DNA of 63,325 nucleotides, filler included, from Platydemus manokwari (taxonomy: Eukaryota), in NCBI GenBank assembly GCA_037951405.1. It is 6 parts of 6 records of this genome, joined end to end, with 100 filler letters (N's around TTAATTAATTAA, not from the genome) between each part and the next. Parts side by side here need not be neighbours in the genome. Positions count along the whole stretch, not along the records: positions 22,226 to 31,292 come from JBBMOY011304762.1; positions 31,393 to 43,728 come from JBBMOY010184451.1; 4 more parts are not named here. One strand, 5' to 3'. The translations under genes were made by a program, and so were the position numbers. The notes under the pieces are model-generated. The model made no database searches and was not told the DNA's origin. It worked only from the letters and a program-made list of their open reading frames with translations. This document shows positions 26,700 to 39,165 of the stretch, one piece after another. How positions within the stretch are numbered: position 1 is the stretch's first letter; each line of letters opens with the position of its first letter.

Positions 26700-28015
26700 G
26701 ATCCTATGATCGTTGTTGCCAGACAGATTCAAATTGAGGGATAACATCGAACACTTTATTAAAAAGTGTAATCGATTTTTCGAGACTGGGAAAATCTCAA
26801 AGTACGTCCAATACGCTATTGTATTAGCACGATTGTTATTGTTACAATAGATGTCAATATGCGAGTATGAGGCTCTAGAGTTCAGAATGAAGGCCTTGAG
26901 GCGGACGTGTACTTTAAAAAAGTAGATAAACTGGTGAATGATATATTGTCTCACAACATAACTAAAGGAAAGTTAACTGCTTTCCTCTTGGCGCATTATC
27001 CAGATGTGGAGCTTGAGAAATTAAAATGAGGGATATTGAAGTCAGTCAAATGAAAGAAACCACAAAAAGCTAGATGAAGTTAGAAATAAAGAAAGAGAAG
27101 TAAACATGATGGGACCAGAAGAATGGACCACGATAGTCAGAGCACAACCAAAACACAGGTTTTTGGAAAAAAGTTAAATAATATAAGGTACTATAATTGC
27201 CAAAAAACTAAGGTATATAGCACGAAATTGTAAAAGCGAGAAATAGTGACATGCTACCCCGGTCACCAAGTAGGTCACATAGCAAGAAATTGTACAAAAG
27301 TCATAAAGTACCGCAGATGCCAATACCGAGGACATCAAGAGAGTGAATGTCATACAAATTTAGAGAGAAGGGACAACAAAGCTCCAATTACAAACAAGGG
27401 ACATCAATAATTCAGCGAAGATTTGATCACAGACAGAGTAACTATAGAATAAATGAAAACAGACAGAGTTTAAAAGGAAAAAATTACAGAATGGTAAACC
27501 TAAATAAAAGACAAATAGAGGCGGTCGAGTAAAAATCGAATTCAGAATACGACAAAAAACACCCAAAAGAGAATGCGCCGACTCCCTTCGAGTGTGTCGG
27601 GGCAATACAATAAACAGTAAATCTAAGTCTGGGCAAGATACTGAGAGTATAAGTGGTCATATTCATATTTATTATAGAATTAAATTAAAGCAAATAAACA
27701 AAATAAAAATAAAATAAATAACCAAGGCTGTCCGCAGAACAAAGAAATCGGATAGTGGAAACACAGATTTTAACCGGTAACAACGACGATATAAAATCAG
27801 AAAAGAGAGTACAATGGAAAGTTGTAAAATTTTAAAAAGAAGATGACTGAAAAGGTGGTAGAAAAACAAGATGACGAAAAAGTATCAAAAATATTAACGA
27901 TTAAGGAGTTAAAGCTTCTCCGGACCAAAATAGACAATAAAAAATTTCAATGCTTGTTAGACAAGGGCGCGTGAGTTAATTTTATGGAAAAGACGACATC
28001 AGAGACACTCAAACG
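26700..28015 (+). mobile_element. Decayed Ty3/gypsy-type gag-protease relic
   Basis: Three degenerate CCHC knuckles at ~27190-27350 (e.g. TCYPGHQVGHIARNC, YRRCQYRGHQESEC). Aspartic protease motif FQCLLDKGA*VNFM at ~27945-27987. Multiple stops and frameshifts. Confidence 0.75.
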
Positions 28016-29455
28016 TGAAGAGCAAATATGAAGAATATATATTTTCTTTCATTAATATTTAAAAAGTTTTTAACACATTAGCCAATATTTCTTTTTTTAT
28101 ATAAATTAGTTTTTCAAGAGCTAATAATCATTTGGATATTTATTAGTAATTGTCACCGAGAACATGTTTATCATAAATAATATGTCATTATAATAATTAT
28201 AATTATAATTATAATGTAACATTAACAATATATGATTTTCATAATTGTTATTTTTTTGTGGTTTAAGGCGTCAAATGGAGGGTTTAAAATTAGGAATGAT
28301 ATTTTCAAGTGCTATTTTTCAAGGAAACAAAAGTGATGCTTAAATCCTAAAATCTAGAATAAATCCAAATCCATTGGACAACATTGTTAATTTTATTTAA
28401 CTTTAATTATTATGACTTGATGTTGAAAATAATAACTATCAAAAGTTTTTAGGTTAGGATTTTCTAAATGAAATAAAATGTGATCCAGATTATAATGCAA
28501 ATAAATAAGCTTATGAATTAATTTGATATAAATCAATTGAAAGGTGATCGCGTCAAAGATTTCGACAAGATAATAAGCATATCATTTTTATCGATTAAGG
28601 AACAGAGTGATAAGATAATGTTTGACATCCTATGTTAAGTTTCCGCAAAAGGATTATATGAAAAGCCTCTGTAGAATTACAATGGTACTTTAAGATTTTT
28701 ATTAAACCTTGTTTTCCATTATGATCCCCCTCAAATATTTACATTTTCTCTCTAAGCAAAGCTCTATCATGCTCTATAAATAATTTTTGTTTTTCAATTT
28801 TTCATCATTTTATCAAAATAAGAAGAAAATAGCTTGAGAGAAACGGGCATGTTTCTCAGAGTTTTTCATATCGATTTGATTATGCCAACAATATATTTTG
28901 TTCATTTTTATTTTTTTAGGTACTGAATACAAAAAAGGATAAACGTTTACATTGTCAACAGAAATACAATTCATGATTGAAAAATGAATATAATTTCCAG
29001 ATAACTGCAGGTTTATTGGTAATGGTTGTTTCAAAAATTACCAGTATATTGTCAAAGATTTTAGACAATATAAAAATTTACATTCTTTATATTTATGTTA
29101 TTTTTATTCTAATATTTCTAAAATCTCATCGTTTTTGAGTTTGAGACAATTGTTGCTTCATGCATATTCACAATAACTAAGAATCACATATGTCTAGGAA
29201 ATAGGACAGATGCTGTGTAATATAAATTGCAGTGATGTAAAAAATATAAAAAGCTCAGTACAATGCAAACAATTCTTTCTACAACATAGTTTTAAAGCAA
29301 AAAATGAAAGAGAATTGATATCATTTTGATTGAAACTATAGCTTTAAATTTGATACCAATATTAAGTTTGGAAATATTATTATTTGATATTGTTAAACAT
29401 TACTTAACATAATTATAACAATAACTTGCCACACAAAGTATTTCTTGCCACTTTG

Positions 29456-29563
29456 AGAAAAGTAGTATGATACACCAGTAACCCACGGCATACTTTGAAC
29501 CTTCAGGTTCTCATCAGCTTCGCTTCCTGGTACTGGAGTGCTGGTGTATCATAATACTATTCT
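29456..29563. repeat. Imperfect palindrome/hairpin upstream of the pPolB relic
   Basis: AGAAAAGTAGTATGATACACCAG (29456-29478) matches the reverse complement of 29541-29563 at 21/23 positions. Nested GAACCT-TC-AGGTTC stem at 29497-29510. Confidence 0.85.
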
Positions 29564-29635
29564 AAAATTAAGGGCATTGGCGAAATTCATAAAAATAACA
29601 CGCATAAAATTCTAATAAAAATAGTATGCTTAAAA

Positions 29636-31050
29636 ATGAAAGAAAAAAAGTGCGAAATTTGTAACAAGTTGTTTAAAAATATTCAAGGTTTAAGAAACAA
29701 TGAAAAATCTCAAGCTCATATTGATCAAATAAATATGAAGAGCCAAATATTTCTTCAGCAAATGAAGAAGGAATTCCGATATCTGATATTTATAAAAAGA
29801 AATATATTAAAAAGAAATCTATGCCAACTAAAGATGTCTGTGAGCATGTTTTAGAAGAAAAGGAAGAAATATTAGATTTTATAAATGAATATCAAAATAT
29901 TAAATATGAAATTGTTTTAAAGGTATTATTGTATAAAATTAATCCAAATACAGATGAAATAGAATTTATAACAATAAAATTAAAATCTAATCAAACTTTA
30001 AAGCTCGGAAAAACACAAGCAACAGAAGAAGATCTATCTTTTGCAATTAGAGATTTACCTGCTCAATTAGATGAAGATTTAATGAAAGTTCAAGGAAGTG
30101 GGTGGAATATATTTGAGATAGGAAGCATAATAATAAATATTTCAAAGATAAATGTTCTTGCAGGTCGAAGTTATTTACCTTTACCTTTTCGAAGTAATTC
30201 TTTAGTAAATGTAGAAAATTATGATAACAGATGTTTTCTTTATTCAATATTTGCACACTTATTCCAAATTGCTTCTAGATCTAATCCAAATAGACCAGGA
30301 CATTACAATGAACATTTTAATGCAATAAATATAAAGGATTTAACATTTCCAACACCAATTCAAGAAATCAAACAAACTATTTAAACGGAGAAAATATACG
30401 TAAATATACCGAAAGAAAAGATTATCAATTTATATATCACAAAAACAAAATTTTACTCAAGATATAAGACTTTTATATTTAGAAGAAAGAGGTAAAACAT
30501 ACTATGTTTATATAAAACACTTTAATAAGTCTATGAAGGGTGAAATAAATTATAGATTAAGAAGTAATGAAAAATAAAATATATACGATAGATGTTGCTG
30601 CTATTTTATAACAGAAAACAGTTTTAGAAATTACCAAATAATTTGGAGAAAAACGGAAAAGAAATCACAAGAGTAACCATGCCTTTTAAACATACGGATG
30701 TAAAAGATTGTAGTGTATGTAAAAATAAAAGTGAATGCACTTGTAATACTTTATATTTTAAAGGTTATAATCATTAAATAATGTTACATTTTATAATAGT
30801 AATACCAGATATTGAATTTTTAAATATTCCCACTGATCTTCAAAAAGAAAGGAGCACAAAAGTTAAATTTATACATAAGCCATCGTGAATCTATCTGAAA
30901 CTAAAATCAAGATACCCAGCTTTATAGGGAAATGAGGAAAGATTATTTAAAGGTGAAAATTGTATAAATGAATTTGTAAAATATATGCTTGAAAATGAAA
31001 ATAGATTTAAAGAATTATTAAATTCCAAATTTGAAATAGATATGAAAGAC
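29636..31050 (+). pseudogene. Polinton/Maverick (adintovirus-like) protein-primed DNA polymerase B, N-terminal portion, decayed
   Basis: In order: C2H2-like finger CEICNKLFK; QGSGWNIFEI..INISK..LAGRSYLPLP..VNVENYDNRCFLYSIFAHL; LLYLEE..YYVYIK; YDRCCCYF; LYFKGYNH*..FIIVIPDIEF (degenerate ExoI); HKP; LFKGENCINEFV. This is the motif order of that family. Frameshifts and stops throughout; the polymerase core is missing. Confidence 0.75.
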
Positions 31051-31416
31051 GTTTACAGCATTTTCCGATTTGTTCCTTTCAAAGAATTTCTTTTATTACA
31101 AGAAATAATTTTTCTAAATCTATATTGGGGATTTTTTTGATATTTTTGATTTTGATATTCAACCTGTTTTTTATAGAGACATGTTTTACATTGGTTTTTA
31201 TTTTTGAAAATTCTTTAATATTTTTAATACATAAGCAAAATGAACGTTCTAGATATAAATTTCCCTTCACTTCATTTAATAAAATATTAAATNNNNNNNN
31301 NNNNNNNNNNNNNNNNNNNNNNNNNNNNNNNNNNNNTTAATTAATTAANNNNNNNNNNNNNNNNNNNNNNNNNNNNNNNNNNNNNNNNNNNNTATTATTG
31401 TTATTATTATTATTAA

Positions 31417-31468
<52 letters not shown>

Positions 31469-32949
31469 CTTTCTAAAAAGATCGACTAAATTCTATTGTT
31501 TTTTACCTTCAATATTATAATGAATAATGTTTTCATATATTTTAACCGTTATTGATTAAATTATTATTTAACTTAAGAATTAAATTCATAATAATTATTT
31601 ATGCTTTTGCTTTGTTAAGTTTTTAACAATAGAAAAGATAAAAATTGAAAAGTATTATTTGATACATTATAGGCAAAAGTCCCAAAAATCGTTACAATAA
31701 TTGACGCATTGATTCACACAAAAATGGTTTCTGTTCAATGAAATCGTTACACTGTGTATAAAATATTTTTCCAAAAAAACTGTACACTTAAAATGATACT
31801 TTTAAACATTGATAACATTAATAATTCAAATATTGTTTTTAAATTGTTAGTTTTGTTGCAAACCCCAACATGCGGCTATCACAAAAATTTCATTTTTGAC
31901 CTAATTCAACTGGAGAGTAATTAATTCTTAAATATATTAACTTAATGTGTTTAATAGTAGTGATTACACTGCCATTAGACCTAACCACTGATAAAATAAT
32001 CAACTTGGTCTCTTTCGGGTACAGCCATATGAGTCACTTCTAAAATTTCTTCGTTCTATAATTACAGAACGATGCGATAAAGTTTATGAATGAAATATAC
32101 TAAACGGTCCGACTTGGCTTTGTCTAAATTAATTATTTTTAGGCAGCTATTATTGCTGGATGGCATTCCGATATTTATCTTAATTGTGTTTATTTTTATA
32201 TCCTTTTAATTCAATTAATTTAATACAATATATTTTTCGAAATTCATTTATTCTATTATTGATTTACACGTTAATATTTATCAAATATTATGTTTATAAT
32301 ATACACACACCTCTTGGAGTCAAGTGTGCCAAATAACATTCTTGATAAAATATTTCAGAGCTCGATGCACTTATAGATTTAAATTAATTATAGGAAATAG
32401 ACAATTTTCAGATAATTTTCAATTTATTTTGATCCATATTATACCGCATCTAAAAATCCTAACAAATCAAACAATATTTTAAGGATAGGTTCACATTTTA
32501 AATTATACTTTTTTCTGGATAATTAGGAATATTTATAATTATTCTTAATGAATTTGTTTTATTATCTCTATTATTCTGAATAAATTTTCAACAAATAAAT
32601 TTTCTGTTGGTTTAATTTTTCATTTTTATAATCTTTGAATCCTAATAATTCATATATTTAGGTTTTTAGTAGGCCTAGCTAACAATTACACATTGTTCAT
32701 TTGAAACATCAGTTGAACTTGATTAATACAAATAATTTATTCGAACAAGCTTTTCAGTATTTAATCCTCCTAATTTCATTTCTGGAATTAAAACCAAATC
32801 TGTTTTACAAAATCTTAGGGTTTATTCAATATAATGAATACATTCATGTTTATTAATTGATAATAGGCAGAAATAAAATTTTATTTATCACTTTATATTC
32901 AAATAGAGACAGATGCTTTACAAATATATGTAAATATTTAAATAATACA

Positions 32950-33680
32950 GTTGTCAGGTTTCTATTATTTGCATAGGATGCTAGTTTTGTCATGAGCATC
33001 GTGTGTAAATTAATGTTTAATATCTAGGGTTGTGCCTTTAAGTGCGGACTTCTATCTAATATTTACATTAGTCTGGTTTGACTCTCGTTTTCTTTGTCTG
33101 TTATTGCTTGACTTTATTACAGTTGTAAAGTCCTTGAGTCATTCCTATGCTTTGTTTTCGTTAAAGACATCTGTGTTTCTAGGCGTCGTTTTTACCTTGG
33201 TAGGCTCATTTATTATTATTTCTTAAAAATAAAATGTTCCTGATTTTTTAAAATTTTATTCGATTATCTGTTTCTATATTCAAATATTTTGTTCTTTGAC
33301 GTCCCAAACCCTCGAAGTCTTTTTATTTACTATTCCGTTTGATATGTTGTTCCTGGAAATATCAGTGACATATGTTTCACATTGTTCCTTTATAAATGTT
33401 TCCTAACGTTCATTGGACTGTTCGGAGGTGCTCAACTCTATTTATTTTCTTCTGTGCATTTATTCTAAATGTTAAAAACCTTTCCAGCCTCTGAGGACTG
33501 ATTGATCTTGTACAAACTCACTGGACATATTATGTATGGTATTCTCCATATAGTTGTTTGCGATCTATAAATCTTTGTTCAAAAAGATACCAGTAACGTC
33601 AGACTATATACAAGTCCAAAAATTGTCTAAATTCTGTCAAAATTTTCAATGGTGTTGATGAATTCATTAAGCAATTAAAA
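32950..33680 (-). mobile_element. Possible heavily decayed LTR-retrotransposon integrase 3' end
   Basis: Coding-like composition with many stops, ending in EVRT*RHNPRY*, reminiscent of gypsy integrase C-termini. No clean catalytic motif. Confidence 0.25.
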
Positions 33681-35540
33681 ATTTTTCTGATCATTATAGC
33701 TAAGTATACTTGCAGGAATTTTATCATTTTTTTCCAGGCTTATATAGTAAGAGTGAGCCAAAAATAAAAGGTACAAACTTGGATAGCAATTATATAGTAT
33801 TTTTACATATAAAAATGATAATGAGGTGATAGTAATTGTGGAATCATTAAAAATCATTACTACTGAAAACGAAATTTTATCGATTAATAAGTTCAAACCC
33901 AAGCGATAAGAACAACAAAATACTGACCCCAAGAATTCAAATAAAATACGTTTAAATGAGAAAAATAAAATACTGATTATATTTTGTTATATTTAGTAAT
34001 CTGATCGTTTTTGCACACAATTGAATTATCATTATTATAATACTCTAATTTATATATAATTATTATCGACAACTATCGACTTAATCAAATGGTAACATAT
34101 TTCAAATTATAAGTGCAAATAGATTAAAATAATGAAAATATCAAATTAATATAATAATGAACGATAAAACATTAAAATAACAAATATTAAACATACCAAA
34201 ATAAAAATAAGTATATCAGGGAGAAAGTTATTATTATTACTTATAAATACTCATCTTCATTTATAAAAATCTCCAGCTCCAACAGTTATAGTAAGGTAAT
34301 TGTTAACTTCGCATTTTCGATTAACAATTAAATAAAATTATAAAATAATTACTTGATCCACTTATTATTTTTTATCGTTCATTGTTTATTTTTATTTAAT
34401 TTTAGTAAAAATAATTAGTTATCGAAGAATTGCGTTTGATTGAAAACATAAGCACCGGAAATTGCAATTAATAGAAAGAATTAATGTACTTTGGTAAGTG
34501 GTTAATATTCCATGTTATTGATTGTAAAGTTATTAGTAACAAAGCATTGTTTAGTACAGAGAATTAATAATAAAATACAGAATTCATGATATGCATTGAA
34601 TTTCATTACATGATTGGTTTCTTTTTTAACTTTCCTCGATTGGTTAATTTTTCCTATGAGGTTATGATGACGTAAATGAATCGTTTTTTGTAATTGAATT
34701 TCTTAATGTGGTACAATTGATTAAAAATTATTTTAAGAAACAGAAATTCTAACCATTACAAGAAATTTAGAATTTACACAATTCTTTCAAACTCATATTC
34801 AATTAAATTAGTTTAGTGATTAAACAGTTAACTATTTAGTAGTTTTATAATAATATCATGGGGCAGTTATTTCATAAATAAGGAATTTTTTCAATATCAA
34901 TTGAAATATAATTCCTGTCCACTGTGCAGTTAAATCTTCTATAATTAATTAATTATATTGTCTCAAAAATGTCTTTCATCTGGGTTCATTTAGATGTTTA
35001 TTACTTAGAAATTATTGCTGTTATATAGCTTTGATTTTAACTTAAAATTGAAACCAATTTATTGATACATGGATATTCAGTGTTATATCATAATTTGATA
35101 AAACTGAATTAATAACCGTCGATAAACACCTGAAATTTTAAACTGAAATGATTTAACATTATTGTTTATCATATTTGTCGCTAAACTAAATTGAAAATCA
35201 TGTACTTGAGAGAATAATTGATTTTTTAACAATGGAATATTTTCACCATGACAACCGGTATTATTCATTGATTGGTTCGTTAAATGATTAAACTCGAATG
35301 AACACATGAGCATTGTAAAATGCACTTGAGCCGTTATTATATTCCATTTTCCAGTAATGATTTTTTTTCAATTTTAAGTAGTTTAACTTTTCAAATCCGA
35401 AACATGTTGAGATATTTGAAAATATTTTATAAGGTGACTATGTGAGATATTATCGCTCATTAAAAATGAAATAAAGTCAAAAATTATTCGAAAAAAAATC
35501 AATAAGTTTGTTCCTAGAGAAAATTTTACCAAAAATCGAT

Positions 35541-37154
35541 TCAAGCCTTTTCAAATTTATAAATGGTCGTTTGGGTATAAACTTGTCCCGGATTGAGCAA
35601 AATTGACGGGAAATTCGGATGATTGATCGCATCGGGATAGTTTTGAGCTTCGAGACACAATGCACCGTATTGTTGGTGAATGATGCCATCGGAACATTTG
35701 ACGTTGTTGAAAAAGTTGGACGTGTAAAACTGGACGCCGATTTGATCGGTATACAAGGACATTTTCGTGATTCCATCAGTCACAGTTGCCTGGCAATGTT
35801 CCAAACCAACTTTATCAAATATGTAATAGTTGTCAAATCCTTTGGGGTTATTTCCAACATGCGCAATCATCTTTTCCAGCGGTTCTTTATTAGCTTTTAA
35901 ATTATAATGTTCGGCCAGAGCAATCACTTTGCCGTTAGGTAGAAGATTAGCATCGAGTTCAAGAGTCTTCGATGCATTTATTTGAACAACGTGATCTTTA
36001 ACACCTCTTTCGGCATGTTCGATGCCAGAGAGATTAAAGTAGCTGTGATTCGTCACATTGATCGGACATGGATGTTTTGTCACTGTGGCTTCGTATTTAA
36101 TGATGACATTATTATCCGATGTTACCTTATACATAATGGTGATTTTCATTTCACCAGGAAAGCCTTCTTCGCCGTCAGGACTCACATAGCTTAGAGTCAC
36201 AGAATCAGACGTTTGGGATTCAAGAACCCAATTTTTCCGTGATAACCCCAATCTATAGTAAAAAAAATCCTTTCAAATTGGCTAAAAACAACAATAACAA
36301 CCTATTAAATTAATTTTAGTATCTATTTCTTTAGAAAATTACTATTGTCATCTATTAACTCCACAGGATTTAACCTATATTTTAAAAATTTATCCAAGAA
36401 AGTAAAACAAATTAAATCGATTAGTAAATAACTGAATACTAAATCATGATTGGCAATCTCTAAATACAAAAGTCCAATAATGAAAATAAAAATCAACCAA
36501 TCAAAATCGAAATCAATATTAGACTGGATTCAATCATAACAAACAAAATTCTGCAAATTTTAACAATGTACTTTGAAGTAACAATTTTTCCCCGATTAAA
36601 TCAGAATTTTTTACTTTAGAATCTTTTTACTTTAAATTGAATATCAACTTAAAAATTAAAGATCAAAAAATGAAAACCATTCGAAAATATCACAATATGG
36701 AAATAACATTTTTGAAACACGAATTAAAAATATTAGATAATAAAATATTTTAAATCTCGATCTTTTGCTTAAATTAATTCATAAAAACAAAATCAAAAAT
36801 ATTCAAATTAATTCTTAACCTTCCACCATGCAAACAATTGCTACCATGGTTCTTCGTAACATTGAAACATTTATTATTAACTTCAAATTTTGCGTTACTT
36901 ATACGTCCTGCAACTCGTCCAACTGCCACACCGAGATAACAATCATTGATTTCATAGTCTTCTATACTCGAATACCCTAAGACCACATTAGCTGATGCCT
37001 TTAATTGATTTTTTCCTTTCCACGGTAAATTGATACTTTGAATAGCAGCTCCAAAAGATAATATCTTGACTTTCAAACCTTTTTCATTTGTAATTTCATA
37101 AAGACCAACATCCTCATTTGCGAGTTTCGAATGACCAAAATTTTGTTTATGCAT
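35541..37154 (-). CDS. GALM: Aldose 1-epimerase (galactose mutarotase), 348 aa
   Basis: Exons 37154-36820 and 36252-35541 with a phase-2 intron. Motifs GRVAGRI, LHGG, DGEEGFPG, NVTNHSYFNL, GFDNYY, QFYTSN, CLEAQNYPDAINHPNFP. Confidence 0.97.
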
Positions 37155-38276
37155 TGTGTTTTGAAAATATTCGAATCAATTATTTATATTGCTATTTGGT
37201 ATAAAGCTGATTTACAACCTATGAGAAAAACCTAAATGTTCACAACTTGTACGAAATATGTAAATATAAAACCGTTATTATTAAATCAGACAGGCTTCAA
37301 TAAAATTGTTTACAATTTGGTCTGATGTTTTACTACCGGATATGCAGTAAAATTTTTAAAATTAACTTCAAATTCAAGAATTTTAAAGCATAAATTTGAA
37401 GGTCAATAATTTATTAAATGTATATAAACAATTGGATCACTATAAAAAATATTTTAAAGTAACTACAAAATGATTTCAACTACCATTTATATTATATTAA
37501 ATGAGCTTTCTTTTCTAGAAATGCATTTAATGCATTAAATCTAACGGATCAGGTTTTCGGGTTATTACATAATTCCCAATTAACCATTTCGATCAATTAC
37601 GAAGCATTTAATTCTAGAAATTACATAATAAGCAATGCACATATTGAAATAAATATTACACACCGATTCTTTGCAAATAACTGACCAAGAAAATTTGAAT
37701 ATTATTGATTGAAATGATGACGAATGCAACTGGGCGACATTTATATACAAATCAATAAATGAGTAATCATTATCGTGATTTTTGATCGATTGATAAATAC
37801 ATATTTTCTATAGATTAATAATATTATTTGCTAAGATTTCTTTTGTACCAGCAAGTGAAGACCGAGATGATTACACAAAAACGAGCAAAAGTAAGAGAAG
37901 TATGATATGATGGTTTTAATTAATAATTTACAGTCGTAGAATAAGGAAAAGTAATTTAAAATTTAAGTTTTTACTTTAAATGGATATTGGTTTCCATTTA
38001 AAACTAAAAACAATCTTTAAGATGGTAGGGACATAGTTGTTATCTTATGCTTTTTAAAACTTATGGCTTGTGGGATATGTGAAAAAAGTTTTATCTTTAT
38101 TATCAACTTTAATTTATATCTTGCAATCATGATAGGATCCCATTTTCCATTTATGCCTAGATGCTTTATTAAAAAAACATTTATGTTACACTTATGTTTA
38201 ATTTTTGAATCAAAATTATATTGATGTTTATTTATTGATTTTAATTATAATATTTCTGACTAATTTTTAATTTTAG

Positions 38277-39165
38277 AGTGAACTATCACTGACAAATATA
38301 ATGGTTAATAATATGGACCCAACTCTATCAAAAAATGATGCACCGAAAATGAGAGCTTATTTTTCACAGTTTGGGGCTATTGTCACAGCAACCGTTCATG
38401 TTACTGACTCAAACTTTTATGGTGATTTTTTAAATAAATCCATAAATGTTAATTATTATTTTAGGCCCAAAAACTGTATTTGTTGAATTTCAAAACGAAG
38501 AAGATGCAACGAATTGCGTTAACTTTTATAAAAAAACGAAAGTTATTCATTATCTTGGTGGTTTGCCAATAGCTGCGAAATTTTCCTACAGACATTCTGA
38601 TCCAAAGCATAAGTAGAACGTAATTTTTGTTAAAACCATGATAGATCTATTTAGGAAATCTAAAACTCCAGGAAGCACTGAAGGTAATAACAGTAAGTTC
38701 TATAAAATAGTTGTCAAATAACTTAAAGTTCGATCAGACAAAAATAAGCCTAACGCTAATACACCAGGAAACATAATGTCTATAAATCAACTTCAACAGC
38801 AACAAATAGCGGCATCATTGCAATTACAGAACATGTACTTGATGCCACAAATCTATCAACAAGCTTATAATCCATTTATGACGAATCCTGCTTATCAGCT
38901 GCCAAATATTGGTATAGGAAACTCCTTAGTACCCAACTATTATTCAATGGATGATTCACAATTTCAACAGTACAACATGGATCCAAGCACATTGGCAAAT
39001 TATTCAAATATGATGACAAACAATTTATTATCACAAATGATGCTCAATAACACACCCGGTTTTTTACCTTTGAATACTGTTTCTGTGCCAAATAATTTGT
39101 TGCAACCACAACAACCATTAAATGCACCTTTGAAAGACGACAAACACATATCGGAAACGCAATAA
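38277..39165 (+). CDS. Single-RRM protein with Q/N/M/Y/P-rich low-complexity C-terminus (5' end uncertain; candidate upstream exon 37836-37890)
   Basis: Exons 38277-38421, 38465-38612, 38655-38692 and 38738-39165 are phase-consistent. RRM: IMVNNMDPTLS..YFSQFGAIV..PKTVFVEFQNEEDATNCV..LGGLPIAAKFS. Confidence 0.8.

Noticed and set aside
35477-36194. ORFs overlapping GALM exon 2 (35477-, 35619+, 35982+)
   Set aside because: Alternative-frame or antisense shadows with no independent support.
37620-37765. In-frame TGA/TAA in a coding-looking stretch, hinting at stop-codon reassignment or readthrough
   Set aside because: All well-supported genes here use the standard code with no internal stops. 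The stretch is more likely 5' UTR or non-coding.
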